Source of the DNA: Candidatus Omnitrophica bacterium UBA6215
GTDB taxonomy: Bacteria; Omnitrophota; Gorgyraeia; Pluralincolimonadales; Pluralincolimonadaceae
DNA length: 64,000 bases
Assembly (NCBI GenBank): GCA_002421665.1
Contig: DISH01000006.1
Coordinates: 84,879-148,878 of the forward strand
Reading direction: 5' to 3'
Shown: positions 1 through 10,061 of the stretch, in pieces
Numbering within the stretch: the stretch's first letter is position 1
How the letters are laid out: every line of letters starts with the position of its first letter
The notes under the pieces: generated by a model
The model's input: the letters and a program-made list of their open reading frames with translations, nothing else
Database searches by the model: none
Told to the model about the DNA's origin: nothing
Translations under genes and position numbers: made by a program

Positions 1-292
1 CTTTTCTCCTCTCAGGGACAAGGGTGACTTGGCCAGGAACAAGGTCGAGCGCTACCGCTACTATCTCCGCGGCTATAGACATTTCCATGTTAAGGCGCGT
101 CTTTACCGTCTTCCTTAAAAGATAAAGATCCTTATCCTGCATATGCCGCCTGTCTTCCCTAAGGTGGGCCACGATAGAATCGCAACCTGCCGTTTCGCAA
201 ATACGGGCGGCCAGGACCGGGTCGGGCTCAAGCCCTCCCCTCGCCTGCCTTAAAGTAGCTATATGGTCTACATTTACGCCTAGATTGGGCAT
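1..292 (-). CDS. pdxJ: Pyridoxine 5'-phosphate synthase PdxJ, N-terminal part; the gene runs past the window start
   Basis: Hand translation of the minus strand from 292 downward gives [55 protein letters not shown]..., which matches the PdxJ N-terminus. The ORF is absent from the track because it is partial. Confidence 0.7.
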   Translation of the reverse strand, partial: MPNLGVNVDHIATLRQARGGLEPDPVLAARICETAGCDSIVAHLREDRRHMQDKDLYLLRKTVKTRLNMEMSIAAEIVAVALDLVPGQVTLVPERRK

Positions 293-301
293 CGATAAGG
301 G

Positions 302-460
302 TTATTTCTGCGGGAGCTCTGCGGGGGCTTCTTGATGGTACGCATCCGACTGTTTATAACGCGGTGATTTATCCAAGTCCTCGCGCGCATAAGCCCATAC
401 AATTATCGCCAGGACAAGTGCGATGATCTTAAGCCACAAATTCTTAGAGAGCCATCCCGT
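302..460 (-). CDS. 52-aa small membrane protein resembling only the N-terminal TM anchor of CdaR/YbbR; possibly a truncated cdaR
   Basis: Hand translation gives MTGWLSKNLWLKIIALVLAIIVWAYAREDLDKSPRYKQSDAYHQEAPAELPQK followed by a stop. It overlaps the cdaA stop, which is where cdaR normally sits. No YbbR domains follow, and pdxJ starts 10 nt downstream. Confidence 0.35.
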   Translation of the reverse strand, partial: TGWLSKNLWLKIIALVLAIIVWAYAREDLDKSPRYKQSDAYHQEAPAELPQK

Positions 461-462
461 CA

Positions 463-1308
463 TTATTTTTTCCTGTTAAAAAAGTGGTTGAAAGACAGCT
501 TGACATGCGGTTTCTTCTCTTTCTTCGGCCTGTAAAGAAGGGCGCGAAGGTGGTTGATAAGACGGTCCCTGTCGAGGTCACGGGTAAGCTTACCGGAATT
601 AGCTACGGATATTATACCGGTCTCTTCGGAAACAACGACGCACACCGCGTCCGTCTCCTCGGTAAGCCCTAACGCCGACCTGTGCCTGGTGCCAAGCATC
701 TTGCTTATGTCCGGATTCTGGGAAAGCGGGAATAAGCACCCCGCAGCAACTATTCTGTCCCCGTGTATCACGACCCCGCCGTCATGCAAAGGAGTATTGG
801 GCATGAATACGGTATTCAGCAACTCACTGGTTATTCCGCTGTCCAGGGAAACCCCGCTCTCTGTATAAGGCTCGAGGCTGACCTCCCTCTGGATCGCTAT
901 TATCGCGCCTATCTTCTTGCGGGCAAGTATCGAAACGGACTTAGCTATCTCCTCTATAGCCCTCTCCTCGGTCAGGATATTGCCAAAGACCTTCTCCCTG
1001 CCTATCCGGGCAAGACCGCTCCTCAGTTCAGGCTGAAAAACGATAAGGAATGCGATGACCGAAAGCGCGAAGAGTTTCGTGAATATCCAGTTGATGACGT
1101 CAAACTGCAGTTGCTGCGTGAGGAAGAATAATACGGTTATTATTATTATGCCGCGCAAAACCTGGACGGCGCGTGTGCCCTTTATGAAAGCCAGGAGCTT
1201 GTATATGACAAACCAGATTATGGCTATCTCGATAACGGGCTTCCACACCACGACGATAATCTGCATAGGTGTCCTGGCCTGGGAAAAATCGAAAAATTGG
1301 TCAACCAT
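463..1308 (-). CDS. cdaA: Diadenylate cyclase CdaA (c-di-AMP synthase) with N-terminal TM helices
   Basis: It has the DAC-domain motifs DGGVVIHGDRIVAAGCLFPLS and TRHRSALGLTEETDAVCVVVSEETG, and three predicted N-terminal TM segments. Confidence 0.9.
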   Translation of the reverse strand: MVDQFFDFSQARTPMQIIVVVWKPVIEIAIIWFVIYKLLAFIKGTRAVQVLRGIIIITVLFFLTQQLQFDVINWIFTKLFALSVIAFLIVFQPELRSGLARIGREKVFGNILTEERAIEEIAKSVSILARKKIGAIIAIQREVSLEPYTESGVSLDSGITSELLNTVFMPNTPLHDGGVVIHGDRIVAAGCLFPLSQNPDISKMLGTRHRSALGLTEETDAVCVVVSEETGIISVANSGKLTRDLDRDRLINHLRALLYRPKKEKKPHVKLSFNHFFNRKK

Positions 1309-2500
1309 TTATTATAGCTTCCGTTATCTGGACCGCCTGTTTCATTTGCCTTACATCATGGACCCTTACTATATCCGCGCCGTTCTGTATCGACAGGACT
1401 ACGGCCGCGGCTGTCCCGAACTGCCTGTTATCTTCGCCGGCACCTGCTACTTTCCCGATGAACGACTTGCGGGAAGGGCCCGACAGCACCGGGTAGCCCA
1501 AGGACTTGAATTCCCTCATGTTGTTTATTATCCTCAGGTTATGCTCCACGGTCTTTCCAAAGCCTATGCCGGGATCCAAGACAATACTTTCCCTTTTTAC
1601 GCCGGCGGCCTCGGCAGTATCCGCGCTCTCCCTTAGACAAGAGGATATCTCTCCTATAAGGTCTTTATATACCGGATCCCTCTGCTGCATCGTCCGGGGA
1701 GTTCCCTTCATATGCATAAGTACCACGGCTGCCTTATACCTGGCGGCGATCCCGGCGACCTTGCGGTCGTTCTTAAGCCCGGTCACGTCGTTGACGATAC
1801 AAGCGCCCGCATCAAGCGCCCTAAGGGCGACTTCCGACTTGCGGGTATCGACTGATATAGGAACTTTCAGGCGCCTTGCCAATCCTTTTATCACGGGGAT
1901 AACCCGCCTGCATTCTTCTTTTGCGGAGACCGGCTTTGCACCGGGCCGCGTAGATTCTCCTCCGATATCTATTATATCGGCACCCTGTTCTTCCATATTC
2001 AGGGCCTTCGCTACCGCATATTCCTTGTCAAAGTACATGCCGCCATCCGAAAAGGAATCGGGCGTTACGTTCAATACACCCATTATATGCACCCGCCGGT
2101 CCAGATTCAATTTATATTTCCCTGCGCACAGGGAAAAAACCCTCCTGCAGTGATCCGCTTCCAGTCCAGAGAGCATCTTGCCGAGCCTTGCTAAGCCCAG
2201 CGGCTGTTTATCAAGCTTGACGCACAACCGGTTTATCTGCGCAACGGTTCCGATTATCAGGCCCTGCGTCTGTTTCCTTCTCTTTACAAAAGCGTTCCAA
2301 GCAACTGCACAATCTCCGCCCGCCGAGAGCATCTCCTGCTTTATTATATTAAAGGCGTCCGAGCTCAATCCCGATACCTTGATAACACGGGACACCGATT
2401 TCGGGGCCATTATATCTATGCCGCCCTTATGTACATTAAGGGCACGCATTTCGCGTGCCGCTTCATCGGTATTCCTTATCGCAAGGACGCGCAATTCCAT
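1301..2500 (-). CDS. folP: Dihydropteroate synthase FolP with a ~125-aa N-terminal extension of unknown function
   Basis: The C-terminal ~270 aa carry the HIMGVLNVTPDSFSDGG pterin-binding signature and GGESTRPGA. The N-terminal 125 aa are not HPPK-like. Confidence 0.85.
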   Translation of the reverse strand: MELRVLAIRNTDEAAREMRALNVHKGGIDIMAPKSVSRVIKVSGLSSDAFNIIKQEMLSAGGDCAVAWNAFVKRRKQTQGLIIGTVAQINRLCVKLDKQPLGLARLGKMLSGLEADHCRRVFSLCAGKYKLNLDRRVHIMGVLNVTPDSFSDGGMYFDKEYAVAKALNMEEQGADIIDIGGESTRPGAKPVSAKEECRRVIPVIKGLARRLKVPISVDTRKSEVALRALDAGACIVNDVTGLKNDRKVAGIAARYKAAVVLMHMKGTPRTMQQRDPVYKDLIGEISSCLRESADTAEAAGVKRESIVLDPGIGFGKTVEHNLRIINNMREFKSLGYPVLSGPSRKSFIGKVAGAGEDNRQFGTAAAVVLSIQNGADIVRVHDVRQMKQAVQITEAIING

Positions 2501-2502
2501 AG

Positions 2503-4350
2503 TTACAACTCCAGGAGCTCTTTTATCTCCTTGACGTCAAGGACCTCTTTCTCTAAAAGTCTCTCTGCGAGGGCCTTTAATTTGTCCTTGTTATCCAAAA
2601 GCGTCTGCTTGGCCCTGTTATAACATTCGTCGACTATACGCTTCTCTTCCTGGTCTATAAGGAGAGCGGTCTGATCGCTGTAATTCTTTTCCTCGTAGAG
2701 GTCCCTCCCGAGAAATATCTGGTCCTGGTGCTTGCCGAACGCGAGATTGCCGAGTTTATCGCTCATGCCGAATTCGGTTACCATGCGGCGAGCCAATTCG
2801 GTTGCAACTTTAATGTCGTTGCGGGCTCCAGTTGTCACATCGGAAAATATTATCTCTTCTGAAGCCCTGCCGCCAAGGGCCATGGTTATCTCGGCCAAAA
2901 GCTCGTTCTTGGATTTATAGTATTTGTCCTCCGTAGGAGCCGTAAGCGTGTAGCCCCCCGCCATCCCCCTCGGCAATATAGTAACCTTGTGTAAGGGCTC
3001 CACTTTAGGTATAAGCAACGAAAGCAAGGCGTGGCCGGATTCATGGTAGGCCGTTATCTCCTTTTCATGAGCGCTGATCACGCGGCTCTTTCGCGCAGGG
3101 CCGGCGATCACCCTCTCTATCGATTCCCCGAGTTCTTCCATGGTAACGCCTTCCTTGTTCCTTCGGGAAGCCAACAGCGCTGCTTCATTGACCAGATTGG
3201 CAAGGTCAGCTCCGGAGAAACCCACTGTCCTCTGGGCAAGTACTTTGAGGTCTACCTCTGGCGCAAGCTTTATGCCTTTGGCGTGGACTTTCAATATTGC
3301 TTCCCTGCCGTTTATATCAGGCTCCGTAATATACACGACCCTGTCGAACCTTCCGGGACGTAAAAGCGCCCTGTCGAGAACATCGGGCCTGTTTGTAGCA
3401 GCTATGAGTATAATACCTTCCTGAGTGCCGAAACCATCCATCTCGACAAGGAGCGCATTCAATGTCTGCTCGCGCTCGTCATTACCTCCGCCGACACCTG
3501 CGAAACGCTGCCGGCCGACCGCATCTATCTCATCGACAAATATAATGCAGCCTTTCCCGCCTATCTTTGCGGCCCGCTTTGCCTCATCAAAAAGATCTCG
3601 CACCCTTGAAGCACCGACACCGACGAACATCTCGACGAAATCGGAACCACTTATGGAGAAGAACGGGACACCCGCTTCGCCCGCAACGGCCTTTGCAAGA
3701 AGCGTTTTGCCTGTCCCGGGCGGACCTATGAGCAGGACCCCTTTAGGTATCTTTCCTCCGAGACGCGTGAATTTTCGGGGATCTTTCAGGAACTCTATTA
3801 TCTCCTGCAGTTCTTCTTTTGCCTCATCCACGCCGGCGACATCATTGAAAGTGACTTTGACCTGCCCGCCCATGAACTGGCGCGCACGACTCTTGCCGAA
3901 CGAGAGTATCCTGCCCCCTCCCGACTGAGCACTCCTCGAAAGGACATACCAGAAGAACATCAGTACTATAAGCGGAAAGAGGATCGGCCAGAAAAAATTC
4001 GCGAAGAACGGGTTCGCTACATTAACCCTGAAATCCTTAATGTGGTCGCGCATGAGCTTGACAAGGTCCGGGTCGAACTCGGTGATGTATACCTTGTATA
4101 GCGAACCGTCCTTGAGCTTTCCCTGGACCACATAGTCCCTCTTTACTGCGGTATCTACGCCATTACCGGCAACAAGCCCGGTAAATTCCGAGAGGCTTAT
4201 CTCCCTGGGCTGCTGCAGGCTTAGGGATTCATTGTTAAAAACACCGGAAAAATACACCACTATCATCAGTATGACCAGCGATATCACTATACGCTGGAGC
4301 ATGACAGGTGATTGGTTGTTATTCTTTTTTCTTTTATGTCCGTTAGCCAT
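2503..4350 (-). CDS. ftsH: ATP-dependent zinc metalloprotease FtsH
   Basis: It has an N-terminal TM, the Walker A motif [23 protein letters not shown], the second region of homology, and the HESGHAL zinc site. Confidence 0.95.
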   Translation of the reverse strand: MANGHKRKKNNNQSPVMLQRIVISLVILMIVVYFSGVFNNESLSLQQPREISLSEFTGLVAGNGVDTAVKRDYVVQGKLKDGSLYKVYITEFDPDLVKLMRDHIKDFRVNVANPFFANFFWPILFPLIVLMFFWYVLSRSAQSGGGRILSFGKSRARQFMGGQVKVTFNDVAGVDEAKEELQEIIEFLKDPRKFTRLGGKIPKGVLLIGPPGTGKTLLAKAVAGEAGVPFFSISGSDFVEMFVGVGASRVRDLFDEAKRAAKIGGKGCIIFVDEIDAVGRQRFAGVGGGNDEREQTLNALLVEMDGFGTQEGIILIAATNRPDVLDRALLRPGRFDRVVYITEPDINGREAILKVHAKGIKLAPEVDLKVLAQRTVGFSGADLANLVNEAALLASRRNKEGVTMEELGESIERVIAGPARKSRVISAHEKEITAYHESGHALLSLLIPKVEPLHKVTILPRGMAGGYTLTAPTEDKYYKSKNELLAEITMALGGRASEEIIFSDVTTGARNDIKVATELARRMVTEFGMSDKLGNLAFGKHQDQIFLGRDLYEEKNYSDQTALLIDQEEKRIVDECYNRAKQTLLDNKDKLKALAERLLEKEVLDVKEIKELLEL

Positions 4351-4407
4351 GTATTTTCCTTATGGGGATTTGATTATAACAGAAAGCCTCCGGCGAAGGC
4401 AAGCAAA

Positions 4408-5796
4408 TTAGGTTTTTTTAAAGGAGACCTTGAGTATCCTTTTTGTCCCGGGAAGTATCTTAACTTTGTCGGACAACCTCATGCCGCAGACCCATATTAT
4501 GTCTTTTCCGGATACCAGCAGCGGGACCGATGTGCGCTTCTGTCTGGGAACTTTTTGGTCAACAAAAAAATCCTGGAGCTTCTTTTCCTTTTCCATCCCA
4601 AGCGGCTTGAAGCGGTCGCCTCTCTCCCATGTCTTTATGTATAACGACCCTTCTATCCTGTCCAGATCGATGTATTCTACGCTGCAGGGTTTCCCGAACT
4701 CAACACTGGACTTAACCTGCTTTGCGTCAAAAGTCAGATTCAGCTCCGGTATGTCTACCGAACCCGGATAAGGGAACTGCCTCCACACCCTCGGGACCGC
4801 GGTCTTTTCCTTTATACGGGAAAAAGCAAGTATGTCCGCAGACCTGGAAACCCTTATTTTAGCCGGCAGGTCCAACGCTCCTTTGCCGGAAAGCATCAGG
4901 CCTTCTATATCCTCGATATGGGAATAATCTATACCCCTAAGATCCCCTTTTACTGCCTCTATCGCCTTCCGGATCACTCCGCGGCGTATACCCGGCTTCA
5001 GCGCTTTCAGCCGTTTGACATTCAACGATGCAGAGCCGCCTTTTATCTTCCCGCATCTCGAAAAAGACCTGTCTACCGCCTCCGCCACGATCTCATAATC
5101 ATAACTGAAATTCCAGGCACTCCTGGCAAGCGCATGCTTGATGTTAGGATTGTATCTCTCAAGCAACAGCATAAGCTCATGCCTGATCCTGTTCCTCAGG
5201 AATTTTTGCATAAGGTTCGTTGAATCCTGGCGGGCACTTATCTTCAGCCCGGACAGATAGGCCTCCACATCCCTCCTCCAGCACTCTATAAGAGGCCTGA
5301 TTATAAAAGCGCCGTTTATTGCTCTTTTTGGCGGTATTCCGCGAAGCCCTCCCAGCCCGGAACCCCGGATCATCCTCATAAGGACGGTCTCGGCCTGGTC
5401 ATCAAGAGTGTGACCCATCGCTATCTTCCTTGCGTCATGTTCCGCGGCAACCTTTATAAGGAACTCGTATCTCTTCCCGCGCGCCGCTTCTTCAAGCGAG
5501 AGTCCGGACCCCCCGGCATAAGCAGGGACATCGATCTTCTTGAATATAAGCGGCAATTTAAGCTTTTGGGAAAGGGCATATACGTATTCATAGTCCTTCT
5601 TCGTCTCTTCCGAAGAGCGGAACATATGGTCCATGTGGGCTATGTAGAGTTTGAGCCCGTAATCAAGCTTCAGGCCATTGAGGGCAAAAAGGAGAGCTGT
5701 AGAATCGGGACCTCCGGACACAGAGACGATAATTTTGTCGCCCTTGTCTATAAGGCCGAACTTGTCTATCGTACTCTTTACCTGGTCCGTGAACAT
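4408..5796 (-). CDS. tilS: tRNA(Ile)-lysidine synthetase TilS
   Basis: It has the PP-loop SVSGGPDSTALL and TilS-like architecture over 462 aa. Confidence 0.9.
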   Translation of the reverse strand: MFTDQVKSTIDKFGLIDKGDKIIVSVSGGPDSTALLFALNGLKLDYGLKLYIAHMDHMFRSSEETKKDYEYVYALSQKLKLPLIFKKIDVPAYAGGSGLSLEEAARGKRYEFLIKVAAEHDARKIAMGHTLDDQAETVLMRMIRGSGLGGLRGIPPKRAINGAFIIRPLIECWRRDVEAYLSGLKISARQDSTNLMQKFLRNRIRHELMLLLERYNPNIKHALARSAWNFSYDYEIVAEAVDRSFSRCGKIKGGSASLNVKRLKALKPGIRRGVIRKAIEAVKGDLRGIDYSHIEDIEGLMLSGKGALDLPAKIRVSRSADILAFSRIKEKTAVPRVWRQFPYPGSVDIPELNLTFDAKQVKSSVEFGKPCSVEYIDLDRIEGSLYIKTWERGDRFKPLGMEKEKKLQDFFVDQKVPRQKRTSVPLLVSGKDIIWVCGMRLSDKVKILPGTKRILKVSFKKT

Positions 5797-5800
5797 AGAA

Positions 5801-6394
5801 CTACTCGTACACTACTTCATCCAGATAAAAAGTGCATCCGCCCGGGTTGAGTTTGCTGTCAACGGTCCAACAGAAACCGCCTATGATGTTGGACAGATCC
5901 CTGCCGTTAAGGTCAATGGAATACTGCCTCCACACCGAGGAAAGCCTAAGATTGGGCAACTCCCTGGTAAAAGTATCGGTATAGTCGCCCTTTATGCCGC
6001 CTACTTTTATAGATATAACTTCCTTTCCGGTATCGCCCCTCATCCAGAAGGAAAGCCTCTTATGCCCGGTAAGGTCCATCCCTTTTTTTGCGCCCCAGTT
6101 GTTCTCGGGAAACAGCCAATAGACACCCGCCCATCCGTTGGAACCGCCCTTGGAACAATCGTAGGTCCATTTCATGCAGAACTTCTTTGATTTAGGGCTT
6201 ACGGTACAGTTGGGGTCGACCTTGATAGAGCCGGCATCTCCCATCCAACCGCACGGGGAGAAAGCACCCTTGCCTTCCTCATATACATAGACATTCCTGG
6301 CAGGCTTCAAACTGCTGGCAGACCTCTTCATTACCTGGGCATAACACGGCAGCACAAAAAGGAGAGATATCGCTAACGCGGCCAATCTTTTCAT
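5801..6394 (-). CDS. Secreted hypothetical protein with a signal peptide; beta-sandwich or CBM-like
   Basis: It starts with the signal peptide MKRLAALAISLLFVLPCYAQ and is rich in aromatic and Gly residues. GGAGGTGAAAG precedes the ATG as an RBS. Confidence 0.5.
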   Translation of the reverse strand: MKRLAALAISLLFVLPCYAQVMKRSASSLKPARNVYVYEEGKGAFSPCGWMGDAGSIKVDPNCTVSPKSKKFCMKWTYDCSKGGSNGWAGVYWLFPENNWGAKKGMDLTGHKRLSFWMRGDTGKEVISIKVGGIKGDYTDTFTRELPNLRLSSVWRQYSIDLNGRDLSNIIGGFCWTVDSKLNPGGCTFYLDEVVYE

Positions 6395-6415
6395 CTTTCA
6401 CCTCCGGTATGGATT

Positions 6416-6492
6416 TGGTGGCGGCGATCCGAATTGAACGGATGACATAGCGGGTATGAGCCGCTCGCTCTAACCATCTGAGCTACGCCGCC
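6416..6492 (-). tRNA. tRNA with CAU anticodon (elongator Met or lysidine-modified Ile2), encoded 3' CCA
   Basis: The minus-strand sequence GGCGGCGTAGCTCAGATGGTTAGAGCGAGCGGCTCATACCCGCTATGTCATCCGTTCAATTCGGATCGCCGCCACCA folds as a cloverleaf with a 7-bp acceptor stem, a GCTC/GAGC D-stem, an AGCGG/CCGCT anticodon stem and a GTTCAATTC T-loop. A paired G1:C72 excludes an initiator tRNA. Confidence 0.8.
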
Positions 6493-6557
6493 ATCATATT
6501 ATTTTGCGGGATAAGCTCGATTATATTATCACAAAAACCCGCATTTGGCAACAGGGT

Positions 6558-7583
6558 CTAACTTATCCATCCCCCGCCTGCCACATCCTGCCCACGGTAA
6601 AAAACAAAAGCCTGGCCCGGGGTTATTGCGTGCTGCGGGCTATCGAAGATGGCCTTTACCTTGCGGGGAGAAAGCGGGATTATCCTGCACGGGGATTTTT
6701 TGTGGTTATACCTTATCTTCGCCAAGGCCCTGAAAGGCTTGCCCGGGTTGTCGATTCCCATCCAGGAAACATCGGTGACGGTCAACTCCCTTGCCTTTAG
6801 ATCCTCCGCCGTGGCCAATACCACCTCGTTCTTAGCGGCATCAAGTTTCACGACATATAGGGGTTTTCCTGCCGCAATCCCCAATCCCTGCCTCTGCCCG
6901 ATAGTATAGAATGCCGTCCCTTTATGGCTTCCCAGACATTGCCCCGACAGGTCCTTTACCCTGCCCGGTTTTATTCCTTTGCACTCCCTCTTCAGGAACC
7001 GCCTGTAATCACCGCCCGCCAGGAAGCAGATATCCTGGCTTTCCCGCGTATGGCCTGGTAAGATCAACCCGGCTTTTGCAGCAACATCCCTGACTTCACC
7101 CTTCGTATATTTGCCTAATGGAAAAAGCAGGCGCGCTAACTGGCGCTGCCTGAGGGCAAAAAGGAAATACGACTGGTCCTTGAACTTATCGACCCCTTCC
7201 CTTATGCGGTAGCGGCCGTTAAGAGGCCGGTACAAGCGTACATAATGGCCCGTAGCCAGTAAACGGGCACCCAGGGACTTTGCCTTATCCAGCAGGATAC
7301 CGAACTTTATCCTGTTGTTGCACATAATGCAGGGGTTGGGTGTCCTGCCATGCAGGTATTCCGAGCAGAAATAACCGACTACGTCGCGCCTGAAAGCCTT
7401 CCGAAGGTCGACAACATGGTGGTCTATCCCAAGCGCCGAGGCGGTCTTGCGCGCATCCGCTGCGCATTGGGTATCCCAAAGCTTCATGGTGATCCCTGTT
7501 ACGTCATAACCTTCCCGTTTCAACAAAAAAGCGGCGACCGATGAATCCACGCCGCCGCTCATAGCGACAACAACCTTCTTCAT
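6558..7583 (-). CDS. mnmA: tRNA-specific 2-thiouridylase MnmA
   Basis: It has the N-terminal PP-loop MKKVVVAMSGGVDSSVAAFLL and the conserved CIMCNNRIKFG. Confidence 0.9.
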   Translation of the reverse strand: MKKVVVAMSGGVDSSVAAFLLKREGYDVTGITMKLWDTQCAADARKTASALGIDHHVVDLRKAFRRDVVGYFCSEYLHGRTPNPCIMCNNRIKFGILLDKAKSLGARLLATGHYVRLYRPLNGRYRIREGVDKFKDQSYFLFALRQRQLARLLFPLGKYTKGEVRDVAAKAGLILPGHTRESQDICFLAGGDYRRFLKRECKGIKPGRVKDLSGQCLGSHKGTAFYTIGQRQGLGIAAGKPLYVVKLDAAKNEVVLATAEDLKARELTVTDVSWMGIDNPGKPFRALAKIRYNHKKSPCRIIPLSPRKVKAIFDSPQHAITPGQAFVFYRGQDVAGGGWIS

Positions 7584-8659
7584 TTTTTCCGCGAACCTCT
7601 ATTGTTATATATGGAATAAACGGCGGCGAGCAGTATTATCAGCGTAAGACCCATCCCTGCAGGATTTAATTTCCGGGATCTTGCCGTAAGCGCTTGCTCA
7701 TTCAAAAGAAAATCATCGCAAGCGAATCTCCATTTAGCGGTCCCGCGATCGGTCTCTTGCGCATTTGTATATGTTATGCGCCCGGGCAGGGTGACGGATA
7801 TGTTAAAAGAATAATCCATAAAGACCGGCCAACCATACACCCCGAAAGAATCCTCGTAATTATCGGCGCTTAATGAACTGCCCAGGTCGGAAAGGGCTTC
7901 ATCTATCCTGCCGTGCACTTTAAGCAGCCTTTCCCTGGTCTTCTTCGGGTCCTGGCCCTTGTTGACAGAACAAATATAGGCAGCGACGGATAACGCAAAG
8001 CTGTCTTCTCCGTATCTTGCTTCGAACTCCTGCTTCTCGGCCTTGAAAAGAGGGTCTTCGCCTTCAAAAACCCTGCGGCCCTTTGACATAAACTCTCTCA
8101 GGAAAAAATCATAATATTGCCGATATATACCGTCCAAGAATGCCTTTATGCCGTCTCTTTGCACGAGGCCGGGAAATTCTTTCTCTATCTCCGAAACCGC
8201 TATATCCAAAGACCGGTCATACCACTGCGAGCAGAACTGTATGGCCTTCCTGCGATCCATACAGTCCCTGAACTTCTCTTCGTATTCATACACTGTGAAC
8301 AATATACCGTTATGTACCTTGAGAGAGAAACTGTTGGACGAAAGGTCCCCGGGATAGAAACCTTTCCTTACATAGTCCGGAGCAAGTTTGTTCATGTCCA
8401 TAAATGAACGTTTTACCTCATAGATATGGACGGGGGGATTGCCCTTCGCATATCTTTCGAGTTTCCACTCACCCGGCCCCGGCATGAGATAATTATTTAC
8501 AAGCTCGTCCTTCTCGCTCGCGCCGTCAGCCGAATAAGTCGTTATCCTGAACCCCGAGCCGTCATCGTTTATCCTTGTAACGGCGGTCATATTTATACGG
8601 CATCCGCAGAATACCAGAACAGGCAGGAAGACCAGCAGGCCATAAACAAAACGTTTCAT
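7580..8659 (-). CDS. Hypothetical lipoprotein with a C-terminal TM helix
   Basis: It has the lipobox-like N-terminus MKRFVYGLLVFLPVLVFCGC and a C-terminal hydrophobic segment GLTLIILLAAVYSIY. I recognised no family. Confidence 0.45.
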   Translation of the reverse strand: MKRFVYGLLVFLPVLVFCGCRINMTAVTRINDDGSGFRITTYSADGASEKDELVNNYLMPGPGEWKLERYAKGNPPVHIYEVKRSFMDMNKLAPDYVRKGFYPGDLSSNSFSLKVHNGILFTVYEYEEKFRDCMDRRKAIQFCSQWYDRSLDIAVSEIEKEFPGLVQRDGIKAFLDGIYRQYYDFFLREFMSKGRRVFEGEDPLFKAEKQEFEARYGEDSFALSVAAYICSVNKGQDPKKTRERLLKVHGRIDEALSDLGSSLSADNYEDSFGVYGWPVFMDYSFNISVTLPGRITYTNAQETDRGTAKWRFACDDFLLNEQALTARSRKLNPAGMGLTLIILLAAVYSIYNNRGSRKK

Positions 8660-10059
8660 GTAAGAGCCTTTAGGTATCTGTCTATCGCGGCAGCGGCCCT
8701 CTTGCCGGCACCCATAGCTGCTATTACGGTGCCTTCGCCCACGGTTATATCCCCTCCGGCAAATACTCCTTTCATAGACGTCATGTAATCCTTGTCTACA
8801 ACCACTTCCCCGTTTTTAGGGTCGGTATTTATGCCCTTGGTGGTCAAGGGTATAAGCGGATTAGGGCCTTGTCCTATCGCTATGATCACGGTATCTACCG
8901 GCATAGTGTATTCAGAACCCTTGACAGGAAGAGGGCGCCGGCGACCGCTGGAATCTGCTTCGCCTAATTCCATCTTCATACAGGTCATACTCCTGACCTC
9001 TCCCTTATCGCTGCCTTCTATGGAAAGGGGCGCCGTCAGGAAGCGGAATTCTATGCCCTCCTCGCCCGCGTGTTCGATCTCAGCCCGCCTGGCCGGGGCC
9101 TCGCGTGCGCTGCGCCGGTAGATTATCATGGCGTCTTTCGCACCGAGACGCTTGGCAACGCGGACGCAATCCATGGCGGTATTGCCCGCTCCGACTACCG
9201 CTACCCTCTCGCCGATCCTTACCGGTGTTTTGTAAACGGGGAACTCATAGGCATGCATAAGGTTGACCCTCGTCAGGAATTCATTCGCCGAGTATACGCC
9301 GTTGAGGTTCTCGCCTGGTATCCCGAGGAAATTGGGAAGCCCCGCTCCCGTTCCAATAAAAACTGCCCTGTAGCCGTCCTTAAAGAGGCCTTCGACGGTT
9401 ATCGTCCTGCCGATAAGTATATTGTACCTTATCTCAACACCGAGAGATTTCACATACTCTGTTTCCCTGTCGAGGATTGTCTTAGGGAGCCTGAATTCAG
9501 GTATGCCGTATCTCAATACGCCGCCGCTTGAAGTAAGCGATTCGAAAAGCGTGACCATATAACCGTATTTAGCCAGGTCGGCGGCCGCGGTCAACCCGGC
9601 AGGACCCGCACCGACTACCGCTACTTTCGCGCCGCGATCTTTCACGGCCGCGGCAACGTTAACGCGATCTCCCTGTCCGGGATGGTCCGCTTCCCAGTCC
9701 GCGACAAAACGCTCCAGGGCGCCAATCGCTATAGGCTCCTTCCTTGCGGCAAGCACACAATTAAACTCGCATTGGATCTCCTGCGGACACACTCTTCCGC
9801 ATATCGCCGGAAGGTTGTTCCTTTCCTTTATCTTCCTGGCTGCGCCGGCGAAATCCCTCTTGGCTATAAGCTCAATGAATCCGGGTATATCGATACCGAC
9901 AGGACAGCCGTTACAGCAGGGCTTCTTCTTACATGACATACAGCGTTTTGCCTCAAGGACCGCCTGCTCCGGCGTAAAACCCAAGGCTACTTCCTTGAAA
10001 TCCCGGCTCCTCCCGGAAGGTTCCCTGCACGGTTGTTTCTGGCGCGGGATATTTGCCAT
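8656..10059 (-). CDS. nfnB: NfnB-like subunit (GltD-like, 4Fe-4S clusters plus FAD/NADPH binding)
   Basis: Cys clusters CMSCKKKPCCNGCPV and CGRVCPQEIQCEFNC are followed by GltD-like Rossmann motifs VAVVGAGPAGL and VAVVGAGNTAMD. It is paired with a PyrK-like subunit. Confidence 0.8.
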   Translation of the reverse strand: MANIPRQKQPCREPSGRSRDFKEVALGFTPEQAVLEAKRCMSCKKKPCCNGCPVGIDIPGFIELIAKRDFAGAARKIKERNNLPAICGRVCPQEIQCEFNCVLAARKEPIAIGALERFVADWEADHPGQGDRVNVAAAVKDRGAKVAVVGAGPAGLTAAADLAKYGYMVTLFESLTSSGGVLRYGIPEFRLPKTILDRETEYVKSLGVEIRYNILIGRTITVEGLFKDGYRAVFIGTGAGLPNFLGIPGENLNGVYSANEFLTRVNLMHAYEFPVYKTPVRIGERVAVVGAGNTAMDCVRVAKRLGAKDAMIIYRRSAREAPARRAEIEHAGEEGIEFRFLTAPLSIEGSDKGEVRSMTCMKMELGEADSSGRRRPLPVKGSEYTMPVDTVIIAIGQGPNPLIPLTTKGINTDPKNGEVVVDKDYMTSMKGVFAGGDITVGEGTVIAAMGAGKRAAAAIDRYLKALT

Positions 10060-10061
10060 GG

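Noticed and set aside
4351-4407. Candidate ftsH promoter TTGCCT-N18-TATAAT and a weak hairpin after tilS
   Set aside because: The spacing and hexamers are plausible but the hairpin is poor. I left it unannotated for lack of stronger support.
6507-6540. GCGGG...CCCGC inverted repeat between mnmA and the tRNA
   Set aside because: It is a 5-bp stem with a 24-nt loop and no U-tract, which is likely chance.
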